Translations under genes and position numbers: made by a program
The notes under the pieces: generated by a model
The model's database searches: none
Seen by the model: the letters and a program-made list of their open reading frames with translations, nothing else
What the model was told of the DNA's origin: nothing
Shown here: piece by piece, positions 13,126 through 25,852 of the stretch
Position numbering within the stretch: position 1 is the stretch's first letter
Layout: each line of letters starts with the position of its first letter
NCBI GenBank assembly: GCA_010909165.1
Contig: MU008155.1
Coordinates: 186,001 to 250,000, forward strand
Source of the DNA: Anthoceros angustus
Lineage: Eukaryota > Plantae > Anthocerotophyta
Length of the DNA: 64,000 nucleotides
Direction: 5' to 3'

Positions 13126-13462
13126 CTTTTATGGGGAAAGTTTTGATAACATTTTCTAAGCCTAGGCGCAATGTTTCCTACAAATTCTAGGACAAACAAT
13201 CTTCTTTTAGCTTAGATTTTCCCTATTCTAGATCGATAGGTCTCGACTAGCATTTGCAAAGATTCTTTTCGCAATTCAAGCAAAAAGAAAGAAAACTATC
13301 ATGATCTAATGCATGATTTCTTTTGCAGAGCCGGAAGAGCTAGCCGAGAAGGTCTATCGGCAAGCGAGTAAAGCTATCAAACTTTAGATATCGCTTGCGC
13401 AACCTCGACGACCAGTTTCTAGCCATGATCAGAAGACCATGTGAGCCGAAGCTCTGATACCA

Positions 13463-13675
13463 TGATAGAATCCTAGCAGTAGGATTGTGTAGCATGCATC
13501 TAGTCCATGATGCTACGTAAGATATGTTCTTCGTTGATTAATTAAACAAGAGGTACAAAAGGTGTTTTTAAGGTGGTGCGGTGTCGATTCATGAGGCACA
13601 CCCTTAATGACTCAACCCTCTAGACGGTAACTAGACCACGGGCAGGGTTACGGGCAGATTAATTGTTTCGTAACA
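13463..13675 (-). repeat. 5' LTR of copia-A (213 bp)
   Basis: TG...CA ends and an adjacent PBS; the outer edge interrupts copia-B pol after GYKLFDPA. Confidence 0.8.
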
Positions 13676-15952
13676 TAGCAGGATCAAATAGTTTGTATCC
13701 TTTGATGCCTTCTGTGTAGCCAATGAAAGTATACTTGGCTGCCTTAGGATCTAGCGTCTTTCGCTGTGCTTTAGGTATAAAGGCATAAGCGGGAGATCCA
13801 AAAACTCGAAGATGGTCGATTGAAGGCTTCCTACCAATAAAGGCTTCATAAGGTGTCATACCTTGAATGAGATGTCGGCGATCATGATGAGATAGGTTTT
13901 GAAAGCATGGCCTCTGCCCAATAAGTCTTGGATAATTTAGCTTGGGAGAGCAAGCAACCGGTGATCTCTTGAAGGCGTAGGTTCTTATTCTCTGCGACGC
14001 CATTTTGCTGAGGTGTATGTACAACGGTGAGTTGTTGAGCTATGCCTTCAGCTCGACAAAAATCAGCAAATTCATGAGAAGTAAACTCTCCTCCATTGTC
14101 GGAACGGAGGGTCTTGAGTTTTCATGCAGAAGTCTCTCCCACATCATGTAGTCCTTGAAAACCGAAAGGCTTGGCTTTTGTGTTTGGGATGTATGTGAGG
14201 ACAAACGAGAATAATCATCTATGAATGTTAAGAAATATCGCAACCTAAAGGATGGTGCGTAAATAGGGCCGCAAATGTCTGTGGACCAACTCAAGGTGTG
14301 GCCCGGGGAGAGTGGTTGTGGAAGGGAGCTGGTGCCTTTTGGTGGTGACACAGCGCACTGTGATAGGGTTCTATCTTGGATAGGGAAGGTGTTCTATAAA
14401 AATTTCCCTTAGACATTTGGATGAGTTTTTGGCTATTAGGATGACCTAGTCGGCAATGCCAAAGTGTGGTGTTGGAGGAGGTGGCAGAATTGTGGGTGGC
14501 TACATTCATGCTATGTAAGGGACCCACTTGGACGGATAGTTTGTATAGGCCGTCCTCTAGTGTGCCGGAGCAGATAGTATGTGACTTACTTGTGAGATGG
14601 GAAATAAGACAACTATCTGCATGAAGAATGACTTGCATGCTATGTTCGGAACATAAGCTAGCAGCAGACACTAGATTTTTACACATGGATGAACGTGAAG
14701 GACATGGGAAGAGAGAGAACTTGGCACGAAGAACATCGAGAACAACGAACCTACACGAGATGGGAGGTTGTGATCATCGCCAAGAGGGACACCGGTGTCC
14801 TGGTGGCGAATAAGACTCAAAAGAGTTTTTGTTGTGACAGATATGTGATGTAGCTCCTGCCTAAATACCAATATTGGTTTGATGGCTTTGATGATGCCAT
14901 GCATGGAGAGCCGGTGTTGTGGAAGATTGTTTCTTCACTACAACATGCGCTCGAGCCTCCTTCCTAGGCTCGTTCTTCTTTTCTTCGCCCTTCTCCATAT
15001 GGTTGAATTGCACCAATTACAAATAACTCGCCTTCTTATTACCTCTTGGTCAAGAAGACAGTATTCACCGCCTGAATATTGGTTGGGATTGGGTCGTGAA
15101 GAAACAGGTCCTCTGCCGCGACCTCGGCCTCGACCTCTTCCTCTACCCCTTCCAGTGAACATCACCTGCTGTCTGGTTGATCTGGATTCATGTCGACGAC
15201 TTTGGTCCTCTGTATGATTGCTCCAATCAATTCGGTGACGCTTAAATCCAAGCGGCATCACCGAGGCTTCATGATTTCTGAGCGGAGAACGCTTTTGAGT
15301 AGTCACGAAAGCCTAGGAGGGTGGTAGAGAGGCGAGAAGAGTCATAAACAGATTGTTCGGTCAACTTGGTGCTTTTGTCAAGGTTGGACTTGGCGATTCG
15401 AAAATGCTGATATGATTGTCAATGGAGTCATTCTCTCTCATCTTGAGATTATGAAAATTGCGGGTAGCCGACAACAAGCTCATTACATCCTTAGATGAAT
15501 ATAACTGAGCAAGGCGGTCCCACATGTCCTTGGAGGAATCGGCTTCAGAAACTTGGCGAACCATGGATTCAGGAAGTCCACTCACTAGAATATCTTGGGC
15601 CTTCTGATCCTTATTGTCCCATTCTTCTATAGAGTCGAATCCCCACATGGGACGATCATTGGAACCACTCACTATATCCCATAGTTCACGCTGCCGCAAT
15701 ACTCCTTTCATGCGAATACTCCATACATCATATCCTTTTCCATTGAATCTATCCTTCTCCTTAAAGCTATCTCCATGAACCACTGTCGTTGACGTCTTTG
15801 GATCATGTTTGAATTTTTCTTTCTTTAGCCTTTTCGGCTTCCCAACTCTTCTTCTCATCTTCAAGCCATTTGGCCTTTTGCTCCTCTAGCCACTGCTTTT
15901 TAACTTTTTCAAGTTGATTAATATCGGAGTCGTCAACATTTACTCCAGCCAT
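13676..15952 (-). pseudogene. Copia-B gag-pol, frameshifted and truncated
   Basis: ORF pieces 15361..15864, 14291..14686, 14040..14351 and 13659..14024 are in copia domain order. Confidence 0.9.
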
Positions 15953-17016
15953 CGCAGGTGAGTTCAAAATAGACGATTAATTTGTCCGATAGGCGCACTT
16001 GGTTTCCGATCGCCGCGGGCGGAGAAAGGACATGCGCATTCGGAGCAGATCATCTCGGCTTGGCCAGCTATATTTACTGGAATATCTGTCTCATCATCAA
16101 AATCAAAATCTCCTTTGGGAAGGAGCCTATCTAGATGATCCCGAATATTGCTAATTTCTTGTTGCAAAAAGGCAAAATTAGAATGATTGGATTTTTGGGT
16201 AAGTCTAATGTTACTCTTTATGCAACCAAGAGTTTCTAGCAAATTATTCAAGCCGGAAATGAAGGGCCAGCAACCAAGTTAGGAATATGTTGAAGAGCTA
16301 ATTGGATTGCAGAAACTTGCAACAAATCAAAAGAGGTAAGTAGGTCTTGTCTAGCAAGTCTAATCAAATTCCCTTGATCTGGTGACTTAATCAAAATAGA
16401 TCCAATGAAATTAGCAACTTGTTTAGAGACTACTTCAAGCTCTTCACACCATGCACTTTGTTGTTTTGTGGTCCTTTGCTTCTCTTGCCTTGCACCTTGA
16501 TATTTCTCCAAACTCCTTGTTTAGTGGGATTTGGTGAATTCATGGTGCAAGGGCAAGGATTTGATGCACAAATTGTGCATCCTCAAAGCATGATGTCGAG
16601 CTTGATCCATTTGTCGCCAAAGGCGAGATCTCCAACGCAGAAGTTCCATTTAAAGATTTAATTGGAAAGGAAGCATAGGAGAGTGGATGCCTTAGGAGAA
16701 AATAGGAAAGTAGCTCTAGCATCAAGAGCAAAGCTGCTCTGATACCATGATGAAAATCATGCTAAGCTCTAGCATAAAAGATGATTGCATTACAATGTAT
16801 ATAATAGAAAGTACAAAGCCTATTTATAGGCAAGGTGGTTAGGTGGTTAGACGGTTATAACCATAAGTTGTTATAACCGTCAGTTGGTTGTAACTAATAT
16901 AACAACCAACCTCCTAGGACAACTAACTAAGTAACTACTTAATGCCCTAGAGATAAATTAAAGCATAAGTAAAGGTGCCCTAGTGAATAGTGCCCTAAAC
17001 TATATGTATTTTATCA
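13676..17016 (-). mobile_element. Ty1/copia element B, 5' half (LTR, PBS, leader ORFs, gag, protease, integrase)
   Basis: LTR 17016-16748 with inverted ends TGATAAAAT/ATTTTCATCA; PBS 16736-16747; gag FKEKDRFNGKGYDVWSIRMK; LWHCRLGH; integrase TDICGP, FIDDYSR, HLRVFG, FIGY. Confidence 0.9.
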
Positions 17017-19015
17017 TCTTTGTGCCTAAGAAGCTTCAAGAAACAAGAAAACATTTGATCTACCTGATCATGTGTATGACCAACCAATAGGAACCCAACC
17101 TTTATTTTAACGAACACTTGAAGGTCGACGGGCATATGACATCTTGAATGATATTGATAGTGAGATTGGCGTCATTGTGAAGATTCGCATAGTGTAAATA
17201 TGCCCCCGCTTTGAAAGTGTAATTATGTATCATACAACCCACCACATGAACATTAATAAGTGATGCTTCAGACAACTCTTTGGGATATCGAAGGAAATGA
17301 AGGAGCTCTGTCTTCTTCTGGTCCATGCCATCTATAGGAAGCAGCATATACTTGTGGGGCTGGTTATAACCTTTGGACTGGTGCTTTGCAGCTTTGTCCC
17401 TCTCATTGCTTAGTCGTATCCTATGTGATGCCAATGCCCCTTCGTAAATCTGTGCAGGCATGGAAACCAGACGAGTATTAAACCATACGCTATTGCACAT
17501 TCTATCCAACTATAACATGATAATGGAAAGAAGATGATATACAGTCTTACGGGGGCGCCAGCATGTCGGCATCTCAAGTGCCCCTACCCTTGCAAAAGGT
17601 TCGGCGGCCACAGGTTCACAGAGAGGAGGGGCGCCGGCAGGCCGGTGCCCCTACACTTGTATTGATATGGTTGGGCAGCAGCGTGCTAGCGCCCATATGA
17701 ACGGAAGCACGCCAACGGCATCTACAACCCGTGTGAGTATTGCACGCTGGCATGCAGCATGCCAAACTGCAGCGAAGAAATAGGCACAAGCATGCCAGCG
17801 CCCTTGAAACCAGATATATTATTCAAGGAACATTGAAACCCTCATATCCACATGGACTACACAGGTAACATGGAAACCTTGCAATGACGCATCGTGCAGA
17901 AGAATGGTTCTCAGAAACCCTTGACTACCCAGCCGGATATCAAGAACAAACCTTGGTCTGCTCTACCAGAAGTATTTGCGGATGGCGTGCTTCAATCCCT
18001 CACATAAACAGCAAGTGGAAAACCTATTAGACTTCGAAATCCTAACCTTCGGGTTGTTTGTCCAGAGAGTCAAAAAATAAGTATATGACACGAACTTCAT
18101 GTTAGATCGTGTCATATCTCACCGAAACTGGGCCCAGATCTCCAACTTCGAAAAGGTGTCTAGCAGGTGAAAGACATCAATGTTTGGCAGCCTTTTAAAC
18201 ATCACTTGTAAAGTGTTATCCATCCAAGCTACGGCTCGTAGCGCATGCGTATATGGCTGTCGAGAATTCACTCCTGACCCATCCCATGGGGCATTGCATA
18301 ACACTCTGCTCTTCAACTCCTCGTACCTTTCTGAGCCGATGCAGTACACTCTTCGAAAAGCTTGCAAACAACACTGAATGTGCGTAGCTCCCATTATATG
18401 TGTAATGACCTTGTCTTTACTTTTGGCCTGCAAGTCCATGACCACGAGGGATTGCAAAAACGTTTCCTGCTCTGCCCTCCCCATCCTCATAAAACGGTAA
18501 CATTGCTCCTGGAAATTGGCCTTGCACAGTGACTTTATGCATTGCTTAGTGCAGCATGGCTTCCGAAAGTCCGCTATGACAACTTCGGAATCGCTCTTCG
18601 ATAAAGGAACTCCAGGTGCCCGCCTTCTCTGAACCACGGATTGCATCCCCCTAGGCGCCACAAATGTTTCGCTAAGTGGTTTGGGGTGGAATAACCGTCC
18701 TTCAGGCCCGACTACTTCATCTGTCTCAAGCAAGGGAAAGGGTGCTTCATCAGGAGGGATTTCTGTAAACACCCTCCTTTCTTCAATTGGAAACAAACCC
18801 CAGCGATGCACGGATGCAAGGGAAATCTCCGCTTGTTGACTGCGCTTGCGGCCAATAGGACTCCGCTCCACGGCGGCATACTGATTCATGTTCCTTGGTG
18901 TATGAGGAACACCCCGACGGATCCTTGGGGAGGTCTCACCCGCCTCCTCCAACCTTCGCCTGAACAAACACCAGCATCTGGTGACAGCGTTAGGAGGGTA
19001 ATCCCCTCTCATGAT
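17017..19015 (-). pseudogene. Sola-type DDD transposase (intron-containing, degenerate), central part
   Basis: Cys-rich N-terminal part (KPCCTKQC, CCLQAFRRVY), FSTCCLC at about 18010, IDGMDQKKT, DANLTINII, and VGFLLVGHTHDQVDQMFS at 17045-17100. The segment carrying the second catalytic Asp appears deleted near 17135. Confidence 0.75.
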
Positions 19016-19268
19016 TAACAAAATATGTAATAGATGCAGATCAATTACGTATTAAGTAATTACATTGTTATATATTCATAGAAGAATAGAGTACATAAAA
19101 CAAGCAAGCAACTGAACTTAACTTAACTGCGAAAAGGCATGACCTTTGGCCAACGGACGTAACCCTAATGAAAAGGTAAGCAGCTAAAATAAAACTAGTT
19201 GTACACACATACTATATATCGGAATATAACTAAGCCCTAAGTAATGACTCAACATTCTATCTCCAATA
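19016..19268 (-). repeat. 3' LTR of copia-C
   Basis: Direct repeat of 25853-26105, adjacent to the PPT. Confidence 0.95.
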
Positions 19269-20443
19269 CTCCCACTTGTTGATCATTGCATAAAGGACAG
19301 TCTTCTTCTCCGCGCCTTAGCTTCTTCGAGCACGAGTGTGTGTGTACCAGATTGGCAGCTCTAGGCAACCGGCTTCATAAGAGCGTAATGGAACAGCTCA
19401 GTGTGAAGGCGATCCCTTACAGGTGTGCCATAAGCATAATAGCCTGCTTTTACGTCCCGGTTTTCATTCTGTCACGGCTTTTGTAGCGTAGACTGAAGCT
19501 CCTAAGCAAGATGTCTTCCTCCGAGTCTGAAGACCTCTCCTTACCTGCCAAACATCGTGTCTACCAGAGGATGCTCTAGGCGAGTTACCTGACTAGAGCA
19601 TTGCCTCTTCTTCTCTGGTGAGAAGGAAGGAAGCGCTCGGCGACAAGCTGGACTTGCGGGGCCCCCTAGAGGCGAGACCAAGGGGAACGAGGCGGTGCTT
19701 GAGCAACGCCCACTTGCTGCGGCAGAGAAGGCAGCTACAAGAAGAGCGGCTGGGGCACCATCCCGTCGTTCTACACCGCTAGAACCTGTAAGACAGACAT
19801 TCTCACGAGCTTCATTTGATGCCCGCAGATGTGAGAGGGGTGAATTCCAGTACGCCTCCAGCGAGCCACACCCTCCTGCGCCACCCAAATTTCTTGAGCC
19901 CAAAGGAGTTCTATCAGAGACAAGGATTGTCACCCTCGGCTCAGCTCGGTGGCCTGGAAGCCCTGTTTGGTATAGGTGTGCAGCCTCAGGACTGAAGATG
20001 GTCCGCGTTCGCGTCCAAGATTGCCCGGGTTTTAAAGACCATGTCATCAGCTTCTATAGTAAGTTGCTTAAATTGTTTGTGGCAATCTTCCCTGTTGCAT
20101 TTTTGCTGTAAGCAATATGTTTGAGCAGCCCCCTGCTAACCAGCTCGTGTCCATGTCTGACCTTGTTCATGTGTGCTTGCTCCCACTTATTCCAACAGTC
20201 GAAGGCGGAAGAGGAGAGCCAGGAGACAAAAGAGAGGATTTCATACCAGGAGAGAAAGGCCAGAAATTCCCCTCGTTCTGGTGGAGAAACTTTCACCTCC
20301 AAGTCAGATAGTCCTGCTTCCTGGGAGAAGATTTCAGACTCTTCCCCTTCAGTTAGCATGGGATCCATGAGGTCTCCTGTGGAATACAGCACTAATGACT
20401 CGGACGATGACGGCAATGATTGGGGCTGCACCTAGCTGTTAGG

Positions 20444-23400
20444 CTAGGTTTTGGTAGATGGGGCCTCTGGGTAGCCTTCATGGCTGCCCATGCCGAGACT
20501 TTTCATGTGTCTGAAGTGTGCATCCCTGCTGAGGGACTTAGTGAACACATTTGCTGGATTCTCTGCGATTGGTATACATTCCAGCATGATTTGACCAGAC
20601 TTGATGAGGTCCCTGATGAAGTGATACTCCACCTCCACGTGTTTTGTGCGAGAATGGAATACGGGATTTTTAGCTAAGTTCATTGATCCCTGGTTGTCCG
20701 TTTTTATCGTAGTGCAGGTTGGGAGTGGCAGCCCTAGTTCCTTGAACATCAATTTGCACCAAGCAATCTCCTTGGCTGGTAGAACACGATACTCGCCTCG
20801 TGCTTGATGTGGCAACGGTGGGCTGTTTTTTATTGGACCAGCAAATAGGTCCACCTGCTACCATAACGACGTACCCTGAAACTGATCTTCGTGTATCAAC
20901 ATCTCCTGCATAGTCAGAGTCAGTGTATACATCCAACTCCAGTGGCACGCCAGGAATGTATTTGAACTTGATCCCTATGTTTGATGTTCCTTTCAAGTAC
21001 CTAACGACTCTCTTAACTCCTGTCCAGTGTGTTTGTCCAGGATTTTCAAGATACTGGGAGAGTACGCTTGTGGTATAGGCAACATCAGGTCGTGTTGTGT
21101 TGGCTGCATAGATAAGTTTGCCAACGCCCTTCCTGTAAGGGATTGACCTCATCTCGTCTTTATCACTTTGTGTTTCAGGACTCATGGACTTGCTAAACTT
21201 CAGTCCACAAGGTAGTGGGGTAGCTGCTGGTTTTGCATCCTTCAAGCGAAGCTGCTCAGTGCACTCTAACAGGTAGCGAGGTTGTGTAAGAGATATAGAT
21301 CTACTTTTCCTATCCCTTTGAATAAGGACTCCCAGACAGCTTTGAAGAGCTCCAAGATTCGTCATTTCAAACTTGGTAGCTAGCAGCTTATTAATTTTGG
21401 TGATGAATGTGGGGCTATTGCAGGATAGAATCAAGTCATCTACATATACTGCAAGATAGCATACCACATCACCAGATCTGTAAACATACAAGCTGCTGTC
21501 TGAGACACACTTAACGAAACCTAATGCTCGCAGCTCTTCATCCAGATGACATTCCACTCAAGTGCTTATTATCTGAGTCTTTATAAGGCGTAAGACATAA
21601 TCCTCTTTACCCTTAACTTCGTATCCTTGCGGTTGCTGCATGTAGATTTCCGTGTCGAGCTTGCCATGTAAAAATGTTGTCTTTACATCGAACATGTCTA
21701 ACTCATAATCCTGATGTGCTGCCAGGGCACATATAGTGCGAAAAGTGGCCAGCTTCATGACAGGAGCATATGTCTCAAAGTAATCCAGACCAGGCACTTG
21801 TGAAAAACCACGAGCTACAAGTCGTGCTTTGTACCTGTCGAATGTTCCATCTGCCTTCACCTTTAATTTAAACACCCACTTGCATGATACCACCTTTCCG
21901 TGAGAGGTAACTTAGCAAGTACCCATGTCCCATTCTTGATCAATGAATCGTATTGATTGAATTGCCTTGTTCCACTCAGAATCGGGATGACTAAGTGCTT
22001 CCTCATGGTGGTTCAACAGGTCGGTAGGTAGCATTAGCTATTGCTCTTGAAAATCCATGGTGATAATAGTCTGGTGCCCGTCTTTCTCTTGTAGGTAGCT
22101 TTGTGGTGGGAGTTCCAAAGGCTGAAGTTCAGGTTCAACTTCCGCAGCACTGTCAGAAGGATCTGAATCCTCAAGATCATCCTCGGCAAGGTCTGGGGCA
22201 GGATCGGGCGGAGGTAGAAGGTCAGGTGGTGGAATTGGAGGAGGTTGCTGCTGCAAGTGTTCAAAATCGACTTCATCGCCCCTCCACTCATCATGTTCTT
22301 TCATCCCCCTGCAGGAGCAATCTCCTCAAGGACAGAATCAGCAAAAACGGTGACATCAGGCAAGACAGAAAGGTCAAGATCCTCCTGGGGGAGAGTAGCT
22401 CCCACTGGCTGCCAAGTTCGACCTTCATCAAAGGTCACACTGCGTGCATAGACCACCTTGTTTTGAGGTACGTCATAGAGCTTGTAAGCTTTTATACCTT
22501 CAGTGTATCCTATCATAAGATATTTCTTGGCCTTAGCGGCTAACTTTGTTCTCGTGGCCTTAGGGATGAAGGTGTAAGCGATACATCCGAAAGTACGGAG
22601 ATGTAGGATAGCTGGCTTCCTGCCATAGAAAGCTTCAAAAGGTCTCGATTCAGCATTGTAGGCAACTTTGTTTCGTACATATCATAAGGGCTTGACCCGA
22701 TAGGATATGGCAATGAGGCTTGATGGAGCATAGATGAAACCATCTCCTGCGAGTTAGGTTCAAGCTCAGCAACACCGTTACATTGCGGTGTAAACAAGCG
22801 TAAGTTGTCTTCCTATCCCTCCTTGCAATAGGCTTGAAATTCGTTTGATGTGAATTCACCACCATTGTCGACGAGAGTTTTCAGCTTTTCCCCACCTCTC
22901 AAGTTTCATATAGTCTTTGAGCAGAGAGAAGCATTCACTCTTAGCTTTCAAAATGTAAGCAGACAAATCTTGTCTTGTCATGCATGAATGTGAGGAAGTA
23001 TCGGCCACCACCAATTGAGGGCTGCGAAAGTGGCCCACATATGTCAGTGTGCACAAGCTCAAGAACTTCGGAAGCCCGGTGAGGAGCCTTGTTCTTGAAA
23101 GCTGCTTGATGGCGTTTAGACAGCACACAAGCTTCACAGAGAGGTAAGGATGGCAAACGTCCAATGTTTCCATCACTGTACAGGTCACTAGCAGCTAGTT
23201 TCTGCAACTTAGCGCTGTGAGGGTGACCTAGGCGTATATGCCATAACCTAGCTTTTTCTTCCTGCCTTGCAGCTGTCTCTGATGACTTGGAAGTTAAGTT
23301 GGCTTTGGCATTACTAATGTGAGTGTGCAATCTGAAAAGATCATGGTCAGATGACCCATAAGCTAGGATTTTACGATGATCAAAAGCATCTATTATCCTA

Positions 23401-24650
23401 CATTCTGTTGGAGTGAAGAGGATGTGGCTGTTATTATCCATGTTCAACTTCCTAACAGAAATTAGGTTCCTTGTCATTTCAGGCACATGATATACGTCAT
23501 CGATAGGATCGTGATGCACGGAAGGCTGGATTTTCAACGTGCGATGCACAGGGACACAAGTGAACTATCGTCACCTAGGTAAACAAACTGGTCTTTAACT
23601 AGTCTGTAATTGACGAATGAGTTTCTATCGAAACAAATGTGCGCTGTTGCACCTGTATCAAGGAACCATTCTTGTGTGGGCTTGCCTTGAGTATTTGCTG
23701 ACAGACATGTGGGGTTTGCAAGAGGAGAGTAAACTTCCTGTTCCCTACTGTTAGGGCTGAAGGAGAGCCTTGTTTTGTCACCACAACATGTATGAGAAGT
23801 GGAGTTACCCTCCTTGCGAGGTACTCGCTTCTTTCGACAATCATTCTCCCAATGGCACGGAATCGGCACGTGGCATTTTCCAGCCTTCTTGGGCTTCGTA
23901 GTAGCTCTGGGGGCTAGCGAGGTATGTAATTTACCTGCAGTTGGGCTTGCCCTTTCCTTTGTTGGTGGTGTGGCTGCTTGTGCGCCCTGTCCCTCTTGTT
24001 GCCTCTTCCTGGAGAAGAGCTCCCACTAACTCTGAAAACGTTGTTGGGGGTAATGTAACTCCTGCGGCCTTAGCTATCTTCTGTCCTTGAAGGTGCGAGG
24101 CATTGTAGGAGGTGACAAAGTGTGACCACGACTCGGGCAGAGACATCATGAAGTACAGTGTGAGCAAGTCATCCTTGACTGTTTCTTGAGAAGCACTCTC
24201 AAGTTTAGACACCATTGATCTAAAATGTCCAAGATGTTTCTCAATTGTATCTCCATCTCTCATTTTGTAGTTCTGAAGATTGCGAAGTGCTGTCATCTGA
24301 CTCGTTGAAGTGGTTCCTGCGAATAGGTCTTGAAGTCTGGACCAAATCTCAGCTGCAGTTTTGCATCCAGAGGTCTGTCTCAACATGTCAGAGGTTAGGC
24401 CGCTCCTAATGAGGTACTGAGCAGATTCATCCTTGACAGTCCAAGCATCCTGCAATTTCTTTTCAGCAATTGAAGGAGTGGAATCAGGTGGTACAGTTAG
24501 GAGAAACAAGTCTTCCCCTTTCACCAGTTTCCACAACTGCTTGTGTTGCAATGATCCACGCATCCGCATTACCCATATGTCGTAATCTGTCCCCCCAAAC
24601 CTGTCTTTTTCCTTGAATGCATCACCACTCGAATTGCTCGAGTCAGCCAT
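20444..24650 (-). pseudogene. Copia-C gag-pol polyprotein, frameshifted
   Basis: gag FKEKDRFGG; zinc-knuckle remnant; protease WFLDTGAT; LWHIRLGH; HTDICGP; RT CKWVFK, KARLVARG, YVDD; RNase H YTDSDY, TDNQ, RTKH, ANVFTK. Confidence 0.95.
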
Positions 24651-24930
24651 GTTTAGGACTGCCGTTAGTCCTTCCTAAACGTTAGGATTAATATGGCTGT
24701 TAATTTAATTATCTCCTAACTGCGGTCAACGATGATTCGAACGAAAAGACACTAAGATGCTGATGATCTTTTAATGGTGCCAATTTACAAAGGGTTACAC
24801 AAGCACTTCACAGGTAGGTTAGTAGCTTGCATATAAACTCATATCAATCCTTTGTTTCCTAATCTCCCATTTGTTGAATGCGTAGGTAGAGCAAGAAGGA
24901 CATGAATTTGGAGTGTTAAACAAATGAAAC

Positions 24931-25491
24931 CTATCTTTTACTTGCCTTCTTACATGCAACACCTCGAATACGGGTTTGCAAGCAAGGCAGTTTCAACAAG
25001 GTGCGTTTATAATCCAAATGTTCTATCTTCTCTGTTAGATCTCGCAAGTCAACACTAGCAGCAGCAAGTCTATGGTTGATTGTTTGAAATCTCCTATCGA
25101 CATGTTGCTGGTGTGCTTCGATTCTAGCATTCAAGTGTGTAACACTTGTGTGTGGTGCTACATGTGTGGTCAAGAAACCTCTGGGGTGACCATTGCCATC
25201 AAATGCACGCTGAACACGTACTTCTGGAAGATTGTTAGGGTTTCTAGGTGGAGGGGCAAATGCAAGATGGCGTTGTTCAGGGAAGAGGGTCTCAATTATA
25301 ATATTGAAGGACTCCCTTAGTTCCAGCGCAAGTACAGGTTGATTTTGTGTTCGAACTGTCCATTCTTGAGTCAGTTGGTGAAGCAGTTCTGCAATCGTGT
25401 GCCTGTTTATTTGTGCGCCTTGCCCTCTGAGGCGATTCTGCTGTGGAACTCGCTCGGTGCCCCATGCCCATCCAATTGATTGGCCATTCAT
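24931..25491 (-). CDS. Extra ORF upstream of gag in copia-C (up to 186 aa, C-terminal coiled coil), function unknown
   Basis: Uninterrupted sense ORF in an AT-rich leader between PBS and gag; heptad pattern LNARIEAHQQHVDRRFQTINHRL...LRDLTEKIEHL. Confidence 0.45.
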   Translation of the reverse strand: MNGQSIGWAWGTERVPQQNRLRGQGAQINRHTIAELLHQLTQEWTVRTQNQPVLALELRESFNIIIETLFPEQRHLAFAPPPRNPNNLPEVRVQRAFDGNGHPRGFLTTHVAPHTSVTHLNARIEAHQQHVDRRFQTINHRLAAASVDLRDLTEKIEHLDYKRTLLKLPCLQTRIRGVACKKASKR

Positions 25492-25512
25492 TTGGCCACA
25501 ATTTTGTGTTTT

Positions 25513-25722
25513 AGAAATGCTTCAAGAAGCATATTGTAATTTCTATTATGATTTTATAAAGAATTTTTGCCACTTCTGGCAGTCGTTCTAGTGTACCTGG
25601 TGTCAAATTGCCTTGCAGCAATCTGACAACAGGTGCACTAGGACGAACTCCTAGAAATGCAAAATCTTTCTAAATAAAAATCAAAAAAGGCAAACTACAA
25701 TTTGGTTTCTTGAACATTTTCT
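25513..25722. repeat. About 100-bp-arm imperfect inverted repeat (hairpin) in the copia-C leader
   Basis: Arm 25513-25611 matches the reverse complement of 25618-25722; 6-nt loop CTTGCA. Confidence 0.85.
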
Positions 25723-25852
25723 TTATTTCTTATTAGAACCTATTTTCTAATAAAGAAACAAACACAAAAATATATATATGCACATCTACATGTGCAGAAT
25801 TTAATGTGCATTCACATGAATGCAATCTACACCTAGCATGGCTCTGATACCA

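Larger units (their letters stand above)
6906..13150 (-). mobile_element. Two-ORF LINE (non-LTR retrotransposon), near full length; 5' boundary approximate
   Basis: 3' end AATAAA followed by a (TTC)n tail at about 6906-6930 on the minus strand; APE endonuclease-RT ORF2; coiled-coil ORF1; GC-rich 5' region. Confidence 0.85.
5626..13675 (-). mobile_element. Ty1/copia element A, 5' part (LTR, PBS, leader ORF, gag start), interrupted by a LINE and truncated by the CACTA
   Basis: LTR 13675-13463 (TGTTACG...CTATCA), tRNA-iMet PBS at 13451-13462, copia gag N-terminus KERDRFNGQHFPVWRVRMKSIF at about 5690-5626. Confidence 0.75.
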
